From Piromyces finnis finn (Eukaryota > Fungi > Neocallimastigomycota): a stretch of 64,000 nt of DNA. Both the position numbers and the translations under genes were made by a program. Numbering within the stretch: position 1 is the first letter of the stretch; every line of letters begins with the position of its first letter. The stretch spans positions 682,001-746,000 of the forward strand of contig MCFH01000017.1 of NCBI GenBank assembly GCA_002104945.1, read 5' to 3'. Positions 35,966-54,430 of the stretch are shown here, in pieces. Under the pieces are notes generated by a model. The model was not told where the DNA came from. It saw only the letters and a list, made by a program, of their open reading frames with translations, and did no database searches.

Positions 35966-38271
35966 TTTTAAAAATCTCTATCTATGAAATTTGTACAATA
36001 TAATTTCCTATTTTTCTTTTTTTTTTTTTTTATAAATTTATATTACAAAAAATATAGATGCTATTTTTTTTTTTCTTGAATAAAACTATATTAAATTAGA
36101 ATATACATCTACATATAAAATCTAATAACAATTAAATCTATTCAACTAAATGTTTCAACTATTAGTCGTCTTATTAATATTTTTTAAACTTTAACACTTT
36201 ATATAAATATAACAAAGTTTGGTAATATTATAATAAATTTAAATAATAGTAAATTTATTATAATTTAGAATTTTACAATATTTAAATACTAAAAATAAAT
36301 TGGCTTTTTTATTATTATTATGCAAGATATAAAAACTTTTAGAGTTTTAAAAAAAATAAAGCAATTGTGTATATATTTATTATTAATTATTATTCATTTT
36401 AAGTATGAATCTTTTTTTTTTTTTTTTAATATAACACTTTATAAAAACTAAATTTGAAATATTTTGTTAATATTGATAGCAAAATGTATTATAACGTAAT
36501 ATATAATTGAAATATTACAAAAAAATTTATTATAAAAAAGATATATAGTATATCTATTTTTTTTTATATATAAAATTTATTAAATTCTTCTTCTTCTTCT
36601 TATTATTAGTAGTAATAGTACTTTTATTGCTTTTATTTTATTATTAAAAGTAGTAGTTGCAGTGGTAGTTTAATTAGTTTTATTAACTTTGATAAAATGG
36701 AGATAAAATACATATTAAAGTTTTATAATAAAAAAAAAGTTTATAAAATTTAATATTTACCATATAACATATGACTAATTGCTACTTTATTTTGTTGAGT
36801 AACTTTTAAAATCTAGTATTTAAATTATTTAAACCATACCATCTTTACTTTTTCTTTTTTTTTTTTTTTTTCTTTTAATCCTAAATAAAAGGTGTACTCA
36901 CTGTTTTCCTTAAATATATATATATATATAAATAAATTAATACATGGATCATACATATAAATTATTTTGATCAAAAGCAATTTTATAATATATTATACAT
37001 GTTATGATTTTTGTTTAAATATACATATATTTTACATAAACTTTATATACTTTACATGAACATTGAAAATAAAATTCATCTAAAAACTTTCATTTTAAAT
37101 TAAATTTAAATAGAAGATGTATAAACCTTTAATGATAAAAAAAATATGATATTTATATTATTAATTTATACGTTTACACTATCACAATATAAATCATTTT
37201 ATTTAAACACCAATTCCTTGAATGATATTATATTAATTTTTTTAAAAAAAAAACTTTTATATAGTATAGTATTAAAATGAATTTCTTTTAATTTATTGTT
37301 TGTCAATGAATTAAACAATTAAGTTTATTTAATTAAAGTTAAATGATATAATCAAGTTCAATAAACAACACAATTTACTTTATTTCTATTTAGTTTTTTT
37401 TTTTTTTTTTGATATAACTGAACCACATGTATTACAAAGCAACTTGTGACTTTGCATATTTAGAATTTTATGTATATATGATGAACTAGTTATTTTATTT
37501 TATCAAAATAATTGTTATTTACAAGTATAGGGATACTATCTATAATTGTGAAATTACTTTGTTTCAAAAAATAAAAAAAAAAAACAAAAAACAAATATAC
37601 TTTTTCCTTGAAATATGAAATATAAGGATAATTCTTTATATGGCTGTTATTCACATTATTCTCATTAGGCTTACCAAAATATAAATGTAATTCTTAAATA
37701 AATTTTTGTACACATTTCACATCCATGTGATTTATCACGTGTAAACTATATTAAAAAATAAACTTTTTTTACTAAACATTTTTTTGAAGTTTTTTTTTTT
37801 TTTTTTATATTTTTTCCTTCTTTTTGATATATTTATATATATTTATATACAAACGAATTAATAAGAAAAAAGGTTTTTTTTTTTAAATTTTTCATAATAA
37901 ATTGAATAATATTTTACAATATAATATATAATAATCATAATATATATGTAATAAATATATAATAAAGAGACAGTAAAGAAATAATTAAAAAAAGATAATC
38001 CATTTATTAAAAGTTTACATTCTAATTTAAAAAGTCAATACTATGGTAATAGTAGAAATGTTTTTTTTTTTTTTTAAATATTAAATGTATAAAAATGAGA
38101 TAATTAATAGTAAAACATAACTAAAGTAAATACTAATGCTTCAATTTTTAAAATTATTATTTATATTGTATTAGAATTTTTGAAGAAATTCATAAAAATA
38201 ATAATAATAATAAAAAAAAAAAAAAAACAACTGAAAAAGTAAAAAAAAAAGAAAAAAAAAAAAGTAAAATT

Positions 38272-38302
<31 letters not shown>

Positions 38303-38873
38303 TAAAACAATAATTAAAAAGTAATAACAATTTAAATACAATCTATATTTTAAATTAAATAAAAAAAAAAAAGTCAATTCGTTATATTATTTTTTTTAAA
38401 AATAATATATTCCTACATATTCAACAAACATTTTATTATCTTTTTTATAATAATCTTTATTTGTACTAAAAGAAAAAAAAAAAAAAGATTCTTTTAAGTA
38501 AGCATTACCAATTTTATTCATACAAATTAAAATTAAAGAAAAAAAAAAATTAGTATTATATATATTTTTATAGAGAAATTAATGATAGTACATTTTTTTA
38601 CTTTTTTATTAACAATATTCTATTTATTATTAAGTATATTCTTGTTAATAGGAACAATTAATTTGAAAAAAGCCATTTTAATTAATTCATATACAATTAT
38701 GCATTTTTAAAATAAATATAAAATCATCCATTAGAACGAATAAATATATTAGAAAAGGAAATCGAACCCTTAATTTATTAAATACTATTTTATATTCAAG
38801 TATATAATCTTCATACACTTTTAACAATCAATAAATCATAGATTTTGTGTGATTTTATGCAGATAATGAAATA

Positions 38874-41055
38874 ATGTCTTCAAAATCAGATAGTCAAGAC
38901 CCAGATGGGACAAAAACGTCCTTTATTAAAAGAATAATATATTCTTTACGAAAATTTATAGAACATTTTAAGGAGAGAATGGGGAATATTATATCAAATT
39001 TAGAAAGGTTTAAAAATAATTATATATATGTAAATAAATATTTAATGTATTCTAATAATTAAATATTGACAAAAATTATTATTTTTCCATCCATTCATCT
39101 ATATTATTAATATAAACCAAATATTTTTTATTAGTCATAAAGCTTTTGAGTTTTTTGGTGTATTTGCATTAATAAGGTGAGAATAATTAGGAACCTTTTT
39201 TTTTTTTTAGTAGTATATATAGTTTATAATTTTATTAATATAATTTAAACTAAACTTTATATATTTAATATTTTTGTATGATGGCATGTAGCATCCTTTC
39301 ATCAACAACAAATATAAAGTTTGATTGGATGTATTTCACATTAATATCGTTTAAAGTTTTGATTAATGCTAATTATATCGGATTTGCCCCATTAGTTCTT
39401 ATCATTTCTCTATATCTATTTCTTGATATTATTGTTTATTTATCAATACCATATTTAATATTATCAGAGGTGTTAGATATATGTATACCGTGTGTCATGT
39501 GTTATTGTATACGAAAATTAGGATTTATAAGAGATTTCAAACTTGATTATATCCATATTGTTACAGCATCATTTTTAATAATACAAATGGTAATATGGGT
39601 TGGATTTTTTATCAATCCATTTTCAGTAATAATAAAATATATCGCGTCTTTGTTACTTGTGTCAAATAGTAGGATAAAAGCGGATACTAAAAAAAGTCTA
39701 ATGTTTACGATTATTTCTAACGATAAAAAGGATTTTGGAGATGGAATATTGGGCTTAATAAAATTATGGAAGTTTGAATTTAATAAAGTGCTGGCAGCAC
39801 ATTGTATAACCTTTTTAATATTTTTAATTATATTATATATTTATTATACAATAAAATCAAATTTTGAATTTATATGCTCTCTAATAGGTATCATAATACC
39901 TCGTGCACCCGTCATTACAATAAAAGATCTAACGGAAAATAGTGTAGAATTATATTGGAATGAGCCAATAGAACAGGATAAATCAATAAAAAATCTAAAG
40001 GATATCATAAATTTAATATGTTATACTATTTCATACCCATTTAGTCGATATAAAAATAAAAACAATTCATCATCATCATCATCATCATCAAAACAAGATG
40101 TTGATAATACCCTTTCAGACTTAATAAGTATATCAAAACAACATGGTGAAGATACCTATCATTTTTCTTTAAATAATAAAGATACCACTACCAATAATAA
40201 TAAATTAAAATTTCCAAAATCTACATTAACAACGAATTTTAAAACTATTCATTATGATAAAAATCTTGATTATACCAATGAATTAAAAGATCAAAATAAG
40301 GATAATAACATTAGTTTAGATACAAATGAAGAAAATTCCTCTGATAGAACAGACATATCCAAAAATACAGAGTCTTTTAATAATAATCCTACTAATAATA
40401 AGAACAGCGGCAGCAATAACACCAATAATAATAAAGATAACAATTCAAATAAAAGAATAGGTTATACCATAAAAAAAGGAAAAAGTAAAGCTAATGAACT
40501 TGATAAAAGTGAAAAAATATTATTAGGTGGAAAAGAAGTAGATATAAAAAATTTTGCCTCTGAAATCAAGAAAGAATTTAATCAATTAGATAAAACTTAT
40601 AGCTACGAAAAAACATTAAAAAATACTTCAGGTTTTAAATATTTTTTATATAAATATGGATTTCAAAAAAGAAATGAAATTACATATCAAGTAGAAATTA
40701 ATTGTTATATTTTAAATGAAGAGAATTTAAGTGATAAGCACATTATTATTAATGGATTAAAACCATCAACATCCTACAAAATTAGGGTATGGGCTGTTTT
40801 GAATAATAGAATTAAATCACCTTCATCATTTGTGAATATTAAAACATTAAAGTCTTATACCGATTCTTTAAATAAAGGTAAATAGTCAATTGTTTGTTTT
40901 ATGATAAAAATTATCCATTTTTCAAATTTTATTTTATATAGTATTATTCATTTTTCTATAATTCTTTTACCCATTTATTTTTATGTCTCTCTATATTTTT
41001 TCATTATACCAAAAATAATAATCAATATCTTGTTTTATTATGCGTTTATTTTATG

Positions 41056-41091
<36 letters not shown>

Positions 41092-44013
41092 TTTTTAAAA
41101 AAAAATAAAGTAGAAAAAACAGATGTTAATGAAAAAATAACTGAATCGTATGAAGACCATTTAAAATCTATTGCAGAAATTGATAGTAATATCGATGAAA
41201 TTAATAAAGAATTTGAAAGATTAAAGAAACAGAGATTAGAATTTGCTAAACAAGTTAACGATATTAATGATCAATATAAAGAAGAAGAAATTCCTTTAAA
41301 AAAGCAATTAGATGAATTAAAATTAGAGAAAAATGAAGTGGATGAAGTTAAGTTACAACATAAAGGTATATTGAAGGAGTTAAAAGAGGAAAAGAGAAGA
41401 GTTGATTTCTTAAAATCTCAAAGAGAACAAAAATTAAAAACAAAAGAAAGAGGAAAACAACAATTAATTGATAGATGTAATCGTTGTCAAAATGATATTA
41501 ATAAACTAAAGAAAGATATACAAAGATTAGAAGAAAAAGAAGAATCTTTAAATATTGATTATGATAATGCTAAAAAAGCGTATGTCGAAGAAAAAGATAG
41601 ATATATGAAGGAACAAGTTCAACTAAAAGATAAATTAAAAGAAGAAAAAAAGAATCACAAAGCTCTTGTAAAAGAATTTAATGATAAAAAATCCAAATAT
41701 AAGCAAGTTGAGATATCACATAAGAAATTTATGCAAGATAACCGTGAACGTAATAAGGAAAAATTAAAGGTGGATGAAGAATATAAGATTTTAGCAAAGA
41801 AATATAAAGAATTGAAGGAAAAGAATAATACTCTTAAAAATCAATTAAAGATAGAAAATAATGAAAAGATAAAATTACTTCAAAGTCTTAATGAAATCCA
41901 TCAACAAAGTGATAGTGATAGTGATATTTCTTCCGATAGTGTTGAGGACATTGATGATCCATTAGATCCAATTGATTCCATTTTAGATGATTTAACATCA
42001 AGTAGTACATTATCAAAATTAAATTCAGATCTATCCATAACCACACCAAGCTATTCAAATACTAATTCTATCAGTAGGAATTCTAGTGAAGAGAGTACAA
42101 ATATTAGAACATCAGAATTTAATTTATTTAACCATGTAGAAACAGACAATTATGAGGGAAATCAAAAGGATAAACATTATTCAAAGCCTTCTAGAAATTC
42201 ATCTCCTTTAATCCCGGTAATCAAAGGAAATTCATTTGGTAATAGAAATGATTCTAGATATACTACAACGAGTCATACCTCTTCAATGAATAAAAAGATA
42301 AATCCTATAAAATCCTCCAGATTTTATTCCTATCCATTGGAACAACAACAAAATTCATTTAATGTTAATGGATACAATAAAAAGTCAAGTCAAGAACCAA
42401 CATCATCATTATTTGAAAGAAATTCCATGACCTACAATGATTCAAGAGCTGGAGATACCAATGACAAAAAGTTTAGCTCACCAAAACAAAGCCATAAACA
42501 AACCCCAAAGATGAAAAATCTCATTCCATTTTTCTCGTACAATTCGTATATTCCAACGACAGAAACCGCTACAGATTCCAAATTATTAAATACATCTTTA
42601 GAAGATGATTTAATGACCGATACTTCCAACATGAATGTAAATTCAACTACTAAGGCATCAAAGAATGTATTTAATTCAGCAAATGATAAAATTCTATCCC
42701 CACTTCTTGGAAGCTTATCTCAAAAGAATATTAGTAATTCAAAGGTTTCTCCAAACATTAATTCCTCCTTTTCCCCACAAATTTCAAGTTTATCACCACT
42801 TTTATTAAATGAGAATAATCAAATAAATTCTAAATCTCAAAATAAAGAGTTTAACGCTTTATCAACCAACAATCCCTATAATTCTGGTCTTTTTTCAAAT
42901 ATTCTGAAGAACAATTACAATTCTTTAGGATTAGGAAATCAAGGATCTTCAACTTCATCCCTTAATACCAACAGTTTATATGCTTCTATAAATAATCCAA
43001 TTGGCAGTGAAGCATCTTCCGGCAATTTATATTCATCGAAAACCAATCCAATTGGCAGTGAAGCATCTACCGGCAATTTGTATTCATCGAAAACCAATCC
43101 AATTGGCAGTGAAGCATCTTCCGGCAATTTATATTCATCGAAAACCAATCCAATTGGCAGTGAAGCATCTTCCGGCAATGTCAATGCAACTTCCAGTAAT
43201 AACAGCACTAATAATTTAGGTTTCTTATTTAGTGGTGGTTTAGGAAAGGATACATCATTGAGTGGATTTTCAAATTCCTCATCATCAGTCATAGATAATG
43301 CATTTCATAGTCCGAGAGCTAGTAATACCCAATTAAATAGTGGTAATGATATTGTTAAAAGTAATAGTATTGGAAGCGAATCTGGTTTACCAAGGAATAC
43401 ATATTCACCATTGATTTCACCACAATCAAAGAATTCTTCATTAATGTCAGGGTTTTCTTCTATTCCTTCTTACTATCAAAATATAAATATGTCCAACGAC
43501 GTTAATGATTTATTAGGTTCTAACGCATCCCCACTTGATACAACTAATCGTGTGAATGAAAAACTTAATGAGACTAATGAAAGAAATAATAATAGTTTTA
43601 GTAATAATTCTTCACCAAACAGTTATTTATTCAATAATTACTTTTCAATGAATAATTATCCAAAAAATAATTCAACAGAATCAAATAAAGATAACTATTT
43701 ACATGATTATTTAAACAGTCGTCTTGCAAATTATCAATCTTTCTATAATCGACCAATATTCAATAGTGGTCTTACAAGTAGTTTATTTAATGAACCCACT
43801 TCAAATGGTGCATTTAATTCAATTAATGGTATGAGTAATACAGATCAAGATTTCAATCAACAAAATAACAATGATTTAAACGATGAAGAAATTGATTTGA
43901 ATTTTGATTATGATTATAAATTATCTGATTCAGAATCTGAAGATATTGAAACGTCTGATATAGATATCAGTAAAATTATTGATTTAAGTAAACAGAAAGA
44001 AAATAGTAAATAA
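38874..44013 (+). CDS. Multi-pass membrane protein with an FN3 domain, long coiled coil and Ser/Asn-rich tail, multi-exon
   Basis: The ORFs at 38874, 39278-40885 and 41053-44013 link via GT-AG introns (donor near 40878, acceptor near 41110). Hydrophobic segments, then PRAPVITIKDLTENSVELYWNEP ... YQVEIN..HIIINGLKPSTSYKIRVWAV (FN3 strands), about 280 aa of heptad-rich K/E sequence, and a low-complexity tail. Confidence 0.75.
42994..43179 (+). repeat. Coding minisatellite, 51-bp unit x3.6 (NPIGSEASSGNLYSSKT)
   Basis: Units start at 42994, 43045, 43096 and 43147, and are near-identical at the DNA level. Confidence 0.95.
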
Positions 44014-44031
44014 TATAAAAAAGAAAAAGAA

Positions 44032-44063
<32 letters not shown>

Positions 44064-44133
44064 AAACAAAATTCAAAAAAATAAAAAAAAAATAAAAAAA
44101 AAATTAAAATAAAATATTAAATTATTTCAAAGA

Positions 44134-44176
<43 letters not shown>

Positions 44177-44273
44177 TTATTATCATTATTATTATTATTC
44201 ATTATTAAAGCATCAATTTAATTTAAAATTAACTATTAAATTCTTTTGATATTATTTAAATTATCACCACCGC

Positions 44274-44308
<35 letters not shown>

Positions 44309-45657
44309 ATATAATAAATATACAAAAAAAAAAAAAGGAAGATATATGATAATACAACAGAGAAATGAAATTTATAAAGTTAATAATAACAATAGAATTA
44401 CAAAGAGCATCATATCCTTATTTTTTGTAAATATATAGAATAAAAAATAAGAGGTAAATATGAAAAAATAATAAAAAATAATAATAAAAAAAAGTAAATA
44501 TATATAATTCAAAATAATAATAACAATAATAATAACAATAGTAATAATAATAATAATAAAAGATTAAATAAAATAACAAATAATAATAAAAAAAACTTTA
44601 AAATATTATACAAATAAATTATATATTTAAAAAAGTATTAATGATAATAGAATAAAAAAAAAAAAATAAAATAAAATTACATTTGTATTTGTACTTTTTC
44701 TTTATAAAAGTGTGAGGTATTTAGATATTTTCATAATGTACTATTTTAAAGTTTTTATTTTATGTTATTAAAAATGATGTTTTTGTAAAAAGAAAAGGAA
44801 TAATAAAAAAAATATATATATATATATTTTATTATGACTTTGATGATTACCGTTGTAATATATTTTCTTTTAATATTAGATTAGAAGGAAACATAAAGTA
44901 TTCTTTTTAAATTATTATAATAAAATCAGTTATTATACTACTTATCAATTATACCAGTAAAAAGGTAAAAAGAATGAATAAAAAAAAAAAAAAATATTTA
45001 ATAAAATTCTTTTTTTTTAATTAAAAAAAAATTTTATTTTTTATCTGTCAATAATAATGAAAATTTAATTTTAAAAGTTGAAAATAAAAAGAGAAAAAAA
45101 AAAAAAAGATTTAAAATTAAAAAAATAAACGAAGAATAAAAATAAAAAATAGAAAAAGGATTTTTTTTTTTAATTTTTTTATTTTATATATAAAGTAAAA
45201 AAAAAAAAAAAGGAAACTTTAAAGAAACAGAATTAGATAATAAGAAAGAAAGAAAAAAAGGGTTAATTTTATAAAGAAGAAGAAAGATTTCTCAAAATTA
45301 TATATATATATAAATATAAATTATTCAAATAAAAAATATAAATTAATATCTTGAAGAATTTAGAAAAAATAACAATTAATCATAAATAGCTATCTGTATA
45401 ATACAATATAATTATTTTTTATCCATTAAATAAGTAAGTTAGAGTGTACTTTGATGTACAAGAAATCTTTTAAAATAATGTATTATAAAAAAAAAAAAAA
45501 AAAAAAAATAATTATTTAAAATAAAAAATATTTTATTCTAATGGTTTTTTTTTTTTTTATTTTAGTTACAATATTATAATTCAATTTTATAAACTTTGTT
45601 ATAACATCTATTAACATTTTAAAAATTATTGTTGTAATTTCAATAAAATATATCAGT

Positions 45658-49258
<3,601 letters not shown>

Positions 49259-50010
49259 ATAATATAAATAAATTAATTATCATTTTTTAAGATAATATAT
49301 CTTCCTCTCTTTTTTTTTTTTTTTTTTCCTTTTCCTTTATTTTTAATAATATAAATAGAAAATTAACTTATCTTATAAAATATAACCATAATTTATTTTA
49401 TATTATTAATTATAGATAAATTATGATAAATATCACAATATCACAATAGTATCATTATAAAACATTATAATTAATTCATTATATATATTTCATTTTTTAA
49501 AAAGAGAAAAAAAAAAAAAAAAAAAATTACAATGTAAAAGAATAGGCAAATAAAATAAAATAACAATAATAATAAAAAGTATAAAATTAAAGTAGTATTA
49601 AATAGTTAAACTCTTCCTCAATAACCAAATATATTTTAGGAGGAATGAATTGTAGTGATAGTACAATAATACCAAGAATGATTATAATGTATATATATTA
49701 TTTTATTTTATTGGAATTATTGTTTTAATAGATTTTCAATAAATTATTATTATTATTAAAAAAGTAAAAGCTATTGGTAGTAAATATTTATATATAAATA
49801 ATCTTTCTATATACTGCTAATAGTGTGTTTTACAGTAGTATTTATATTTAAAAATGAAATCTCTCTAAATAAGTAAACTATTTCAATTAAATTATACATA
49901 ATATATATATATATATATAAAAAGAAAATATATATATAAGAAATAAAAAAATAAAAAAAGGAACTGAATAAAATATATATAAAAACAAACAAACTAAAAT
50001 GTATTAAACC

Positions 50011-53000
50011 TTAATTTAACTTCCAGATATATGCTAGGTTAATTTCATTAACACCTACTAAATATTTTTTATCATCACTTAATACCACTTTATGTATTGC
50101 TTCTATAGATTGTTCATGCCTTAAAGTCTATTACATTTAAAAATAAAAAATATATATATTAATATCATACATTATTTGTTATTCAATAGATATAATTAAT
50201 CTATATAATTATTTATATATATTCTTACACTTATTAATTCTAAAGTTTTATCTTTTTGTAATTTATATATATTTATAAAACCGGCTCCAGAACCAGTTAA
50301 TAATAAAGTTTCATCTTAAAAAACATAATATATATTGATTATACACAGGAATATTATAATAATTAATAAAAAAAAATATATATATATAAATTAAATTATA
50401 AAATATTATTAACTTTTTATAAGGAATGCTCACCTTCATCATTTACAAGAGAAAATCTTACACATTCTACGTAATGATCCCATTTCAATTTTGATATTAT
50501 TGTTGGATGTGCCTCTAAACTTTTTTCTTGATTTTTTCTTGATTTTTTCTTTGAGACAGGTAATACATCTAAATTATCCACTGACCATAATGCAATGTGA
50601 TCTTTAGCACCTCTTGTAACTAATATTAAAAAATTTAACCAATAACAAAAAAATATATATCATTAGATCATTAGATTTTACGATGATGATAATGATGATG
50701 ATTGATTAATTGCTTACTTATTATTATTATTATTATTATTATTATTAGGTTTTTTTTTTTTTTTTTTTTTTTTTAATTTTAAAATATAAACTTACAGAAT
50801 AAATTAGTTAATGAATTTTCATTGGTTTGATGATATTGAGGGTAATATGGTATAATATCATCAATATAGGTATTGTGAAGAGATGAAAATTGATGATTTA
50901 TAGATATATTGATAGGATGTCCAGATTTTTGAACCTCTTCAACAGTTGGTATATTAGTTAAATTATATACTACAATCAATCCATTAGAACATCCTACTAT
51001 TAAGTTATTCTTTACTACATTTATTGATGTTGGATCTTTCTTTAAACCAATAAATTTTACTAAACAACTAATATTATTTATGTGATAGATAAATTTATGA
51101 ATGAAATAATTTAAATATTAAAATGATAGTATTAGTATACTATAAAGAAGTAATTTTTTTTTTAGACTTACGTTGCTTCATCTTGTTCCGTATCATTTAA
51201 TTCTCCAATATCATACATGTATACATATTTATCTTCAGATCCAACTTTTTAAATTTTTTTTTGTTATTATTAATATAAAATCATAATTTATTATAGTAAT
51301 ATATATTATTTATATGTAAAATAAAAAAAAAAAAAAAAAAGAAATATTTTAATTTACCAAAAAGCCATTTTGGATTTTCTCTTGAAAATCGGATTTGAGT
51401 AATTGGTTGAAGTTTTGAAACTTTTGGTTCAGCATATCTAAAGCATTCTCCTTGCATTCTATTTAAAAAAATGACTTCCCCTAATTGTCCACCAGCTGCT
51501 AAAATAGGACAATATTGATTACGATTTCCTGTAGTTGCTTCTTTATCCCCATCTCCTTCACCAGTGACTTTAATGACAGTCCAATCAAGGGAATAATAAT
51601 TCTCTACTTCAATTAAATTTGTATATTTTGCTATAACTTTTCCAGTATGACATTCTATCATTGATACAGTATTAGCACCACAAGTTGCTACAATATGTGA
51701 CACTAAATAGATTTTTTTTTTTTTTAAAAGTTTTTTGATTATTAAATAATTATTAATTTTTATAGGTTTTTAAATATGAAATATATAGTATAGGTAGATA
51801 AATATATATTATAGATAGATATTTTTCAATATACCATCTTGTCCTTCAATAGTGGGTTCAAATGCACAATCCCAAATACAAACAGAATTATCATTTTCTG
51901 CATGTTCTCGCTTTGAATTTGGTCTTATTAAATAAGTTAATTCAAATTTTTCATCCAAATGATCCACTATATTATTATACATACATTTTTTTTAATAAGT
52001 TTTAATTATGACGGTAATAAATAAAAATAATATTTTATATAAATATGATGTTGGCATAACAAATTATATTATTGCTACTATATTTTTTCTTATAAATATT
52101 TATTATTAGTAATTACTTTTTGATAAAACTGGGTATTTTTTTTTCGGTACTATTGGCTTTGGCTTTGATTTTTCTTTTTCTTTAATATCAATATTTTTAA
52201 GTTTCTTTTGTTTTTTTGATGTATTTTTATTATCTTTTTCTTTTTCCTTATCAATATTTTCTCCCTTCTTTTTAGTTTTCGACTGACGCTTTCTTTTTTT
52301 AGTTGGATTATCCACAATAATGATACTGTCATCATTAATTTTAGTATCTTTTAATTTTTTAGTTTGATTATCATCAATTTCAATAACTACACTTTTCGGC
52401 TTTGTTTGAATGGTATCTCCTATATTCACAGATTTTTTGGCTTTTTCCTTTGTGGAATCATTGATTTGTATTACTTCTTTCTTACTTATTTTAGTTTTTT
52501 CTTCTTGTAATTTTTTATCGTTATTTACTTTTTTCAATATATTTTCAAATTTTCCTGAATCATTATTCAAAATATCCTCTTTAATTTTATTAATTAATGA
52601 TGTTTTCCATCTTTGATTTCTTGGAACCGTATTTTTACTTATAGAAACAGTTTCTTTGGGTTTAGCTGTAGCTATACAAGGTTATAAATATTTTGAATGA
52701 ATCATACAAACGTTAATAAATTTTTGATATATATATATATATATATATTCTTTATTATTATTATTATTATTATTATTATTTATGGGTATAAAACATATAT
52801 TAATATATGATTGTTTTTATTAGGTAAATGACTTACTCAATACATCCTTTTTATTATTTTCACCTTTATTGTCTGTATTACTTTCAAAATTCCTTATTTC
52901 TTTCAAGTCAAACAAATCTATTCAAGTTTTATTTATGAATAGTTTTATAGGTAATAATATTTAATAATTGAATATATTCATCATTAATTTTTAATTAATT

Positions 53001-53053
53001 TGAAAAATTTTACCATTTAAAATTTGACTTTTCCAATTCATTTTTGAAGCCAT
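50011..53053 (-). CDS. LRWD1/ORCA-like WD40-repeat protein with a Lys-rich N-terminus, multi-exon
   Basis: ATG at 53053. FELTYLIRPNSKREHAENDNSVCIWDCAFEP; IVATCGANTVSMIECHTGKVIAKY..ENYYSLDWTVI; ILAAGGQLGEVIFL; GSEDKYVYMYDIG; C-terminal DDKKYLVGVNEINLAYIWKLN* (TAA 50013-50011). Confidence 0.75.
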
Positions 53054-53984
53054 TTTAAATATAATTTCAATATAGTGGTTTTTATTTTAAATTTATTATA
53101 GTTTTGATGAAAATTTTATTGTGCTCTTAATCCAAAATAAAAAAAAAAAAAAAAAGATTCTGAAAAAATTTTATGATGAATAGAATATCCTTTTTATACA
53201 GTATTTTTATCATAAGAATTTCTTCTTAACCGGCTTTATTAAATTTGAAATTTAATTTCTTGACTATAAAAATATTTTATTTAATTTCGATAATAATTGT
53301 TAATAAAATATCTTTTGTATTATTATTATATCATTATTAAAGATTCTTTTTTTTTTTTTTTTTAAACGAATTTCAAAATTTAATATTTAATATTAAATAT
53401 AAAATGTATAAGTATAAAGTACAATATACACTTAAATTTAAATAATGTAATATATATTAAATAAAATAAAATATTTATACGTTGTTATACATATATATAT
53501 ATATTATATCAATATACCTTTTTTTTTTTTATGGATAAAATCAAGATTTCTTAATTTGTAATTGAATAATAAGAAATGTTAAATTGTCATTAATTCATCA
53601 AGTTAAAATAGCTATTGTTATAGTATTGTATTAAATAAAGAAATAATAAATGTTTTTATGTCTATTATATATATTATATCTCTAATAATGAATATTTAAT
53701 ATTGACTGAATAATAAAACTAAATCAGTGTTAGAGGTAACTTTTTTTAAAGTTAAGGATTCTAATAAAGAAAAAAAAAAAAAAAAAAAATTTAAGATTTA
53801 TAATAAATTAAATCTTTATTTGGGAAAAAACTTAAATTATTAATAAATTTAAATATAAAAAATTATAATAAAACTTTTTTTAAAATAACAAAAAACTAAA
53901 ATTTTAACAGTAAAAAGCAATAACTACAGCAATTATTACAACTCTATTATTACTATTAGCTATTTCTTTGACTATCATCGATTA

Positions 53985-54430
53985 CTATAACTATTTCTTT
54001 GATTATTTCTTTGATTATTTCTTTGATTATTTCTTTGATTATTACTTTGATTATTACTTTGATTATTTCTTTGATTATTACTTTGATTATTTCTTTGATT
54101 ATTACTTTGATTATTTCTTTGATTATTACTATTACAAAATTACTATTACTATTACTATTACTATTACTATTACTATTACTATTACTATTACTATTACTAT
54201 TACTATTACTATTACTATTACTATTACTATTACTATTACTATTACTATTACTATTACTATTACTATTACTATTACTATTACTATTACTATTACTATTACT
54301 TTGACTATTACTATTACTATTACTATTACTATTACTTTGACTATTACTATTACTATTACTATTACTATTACTATTACTATTACTATTACTATTACTATTA
54401 CTATTACTATTACTATTACTATTACTAATT
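53985..54430. repeat. Compound repeat: 12-bp unit (TT(T/A)CTTTGATTA) array followed by (ATTACT)n
   Basis: About 11 12-mers in two alternating variants to ~54127, then roughly 45 ATTACT hexamers with two TTG interruptions. Confidence 0.92.
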
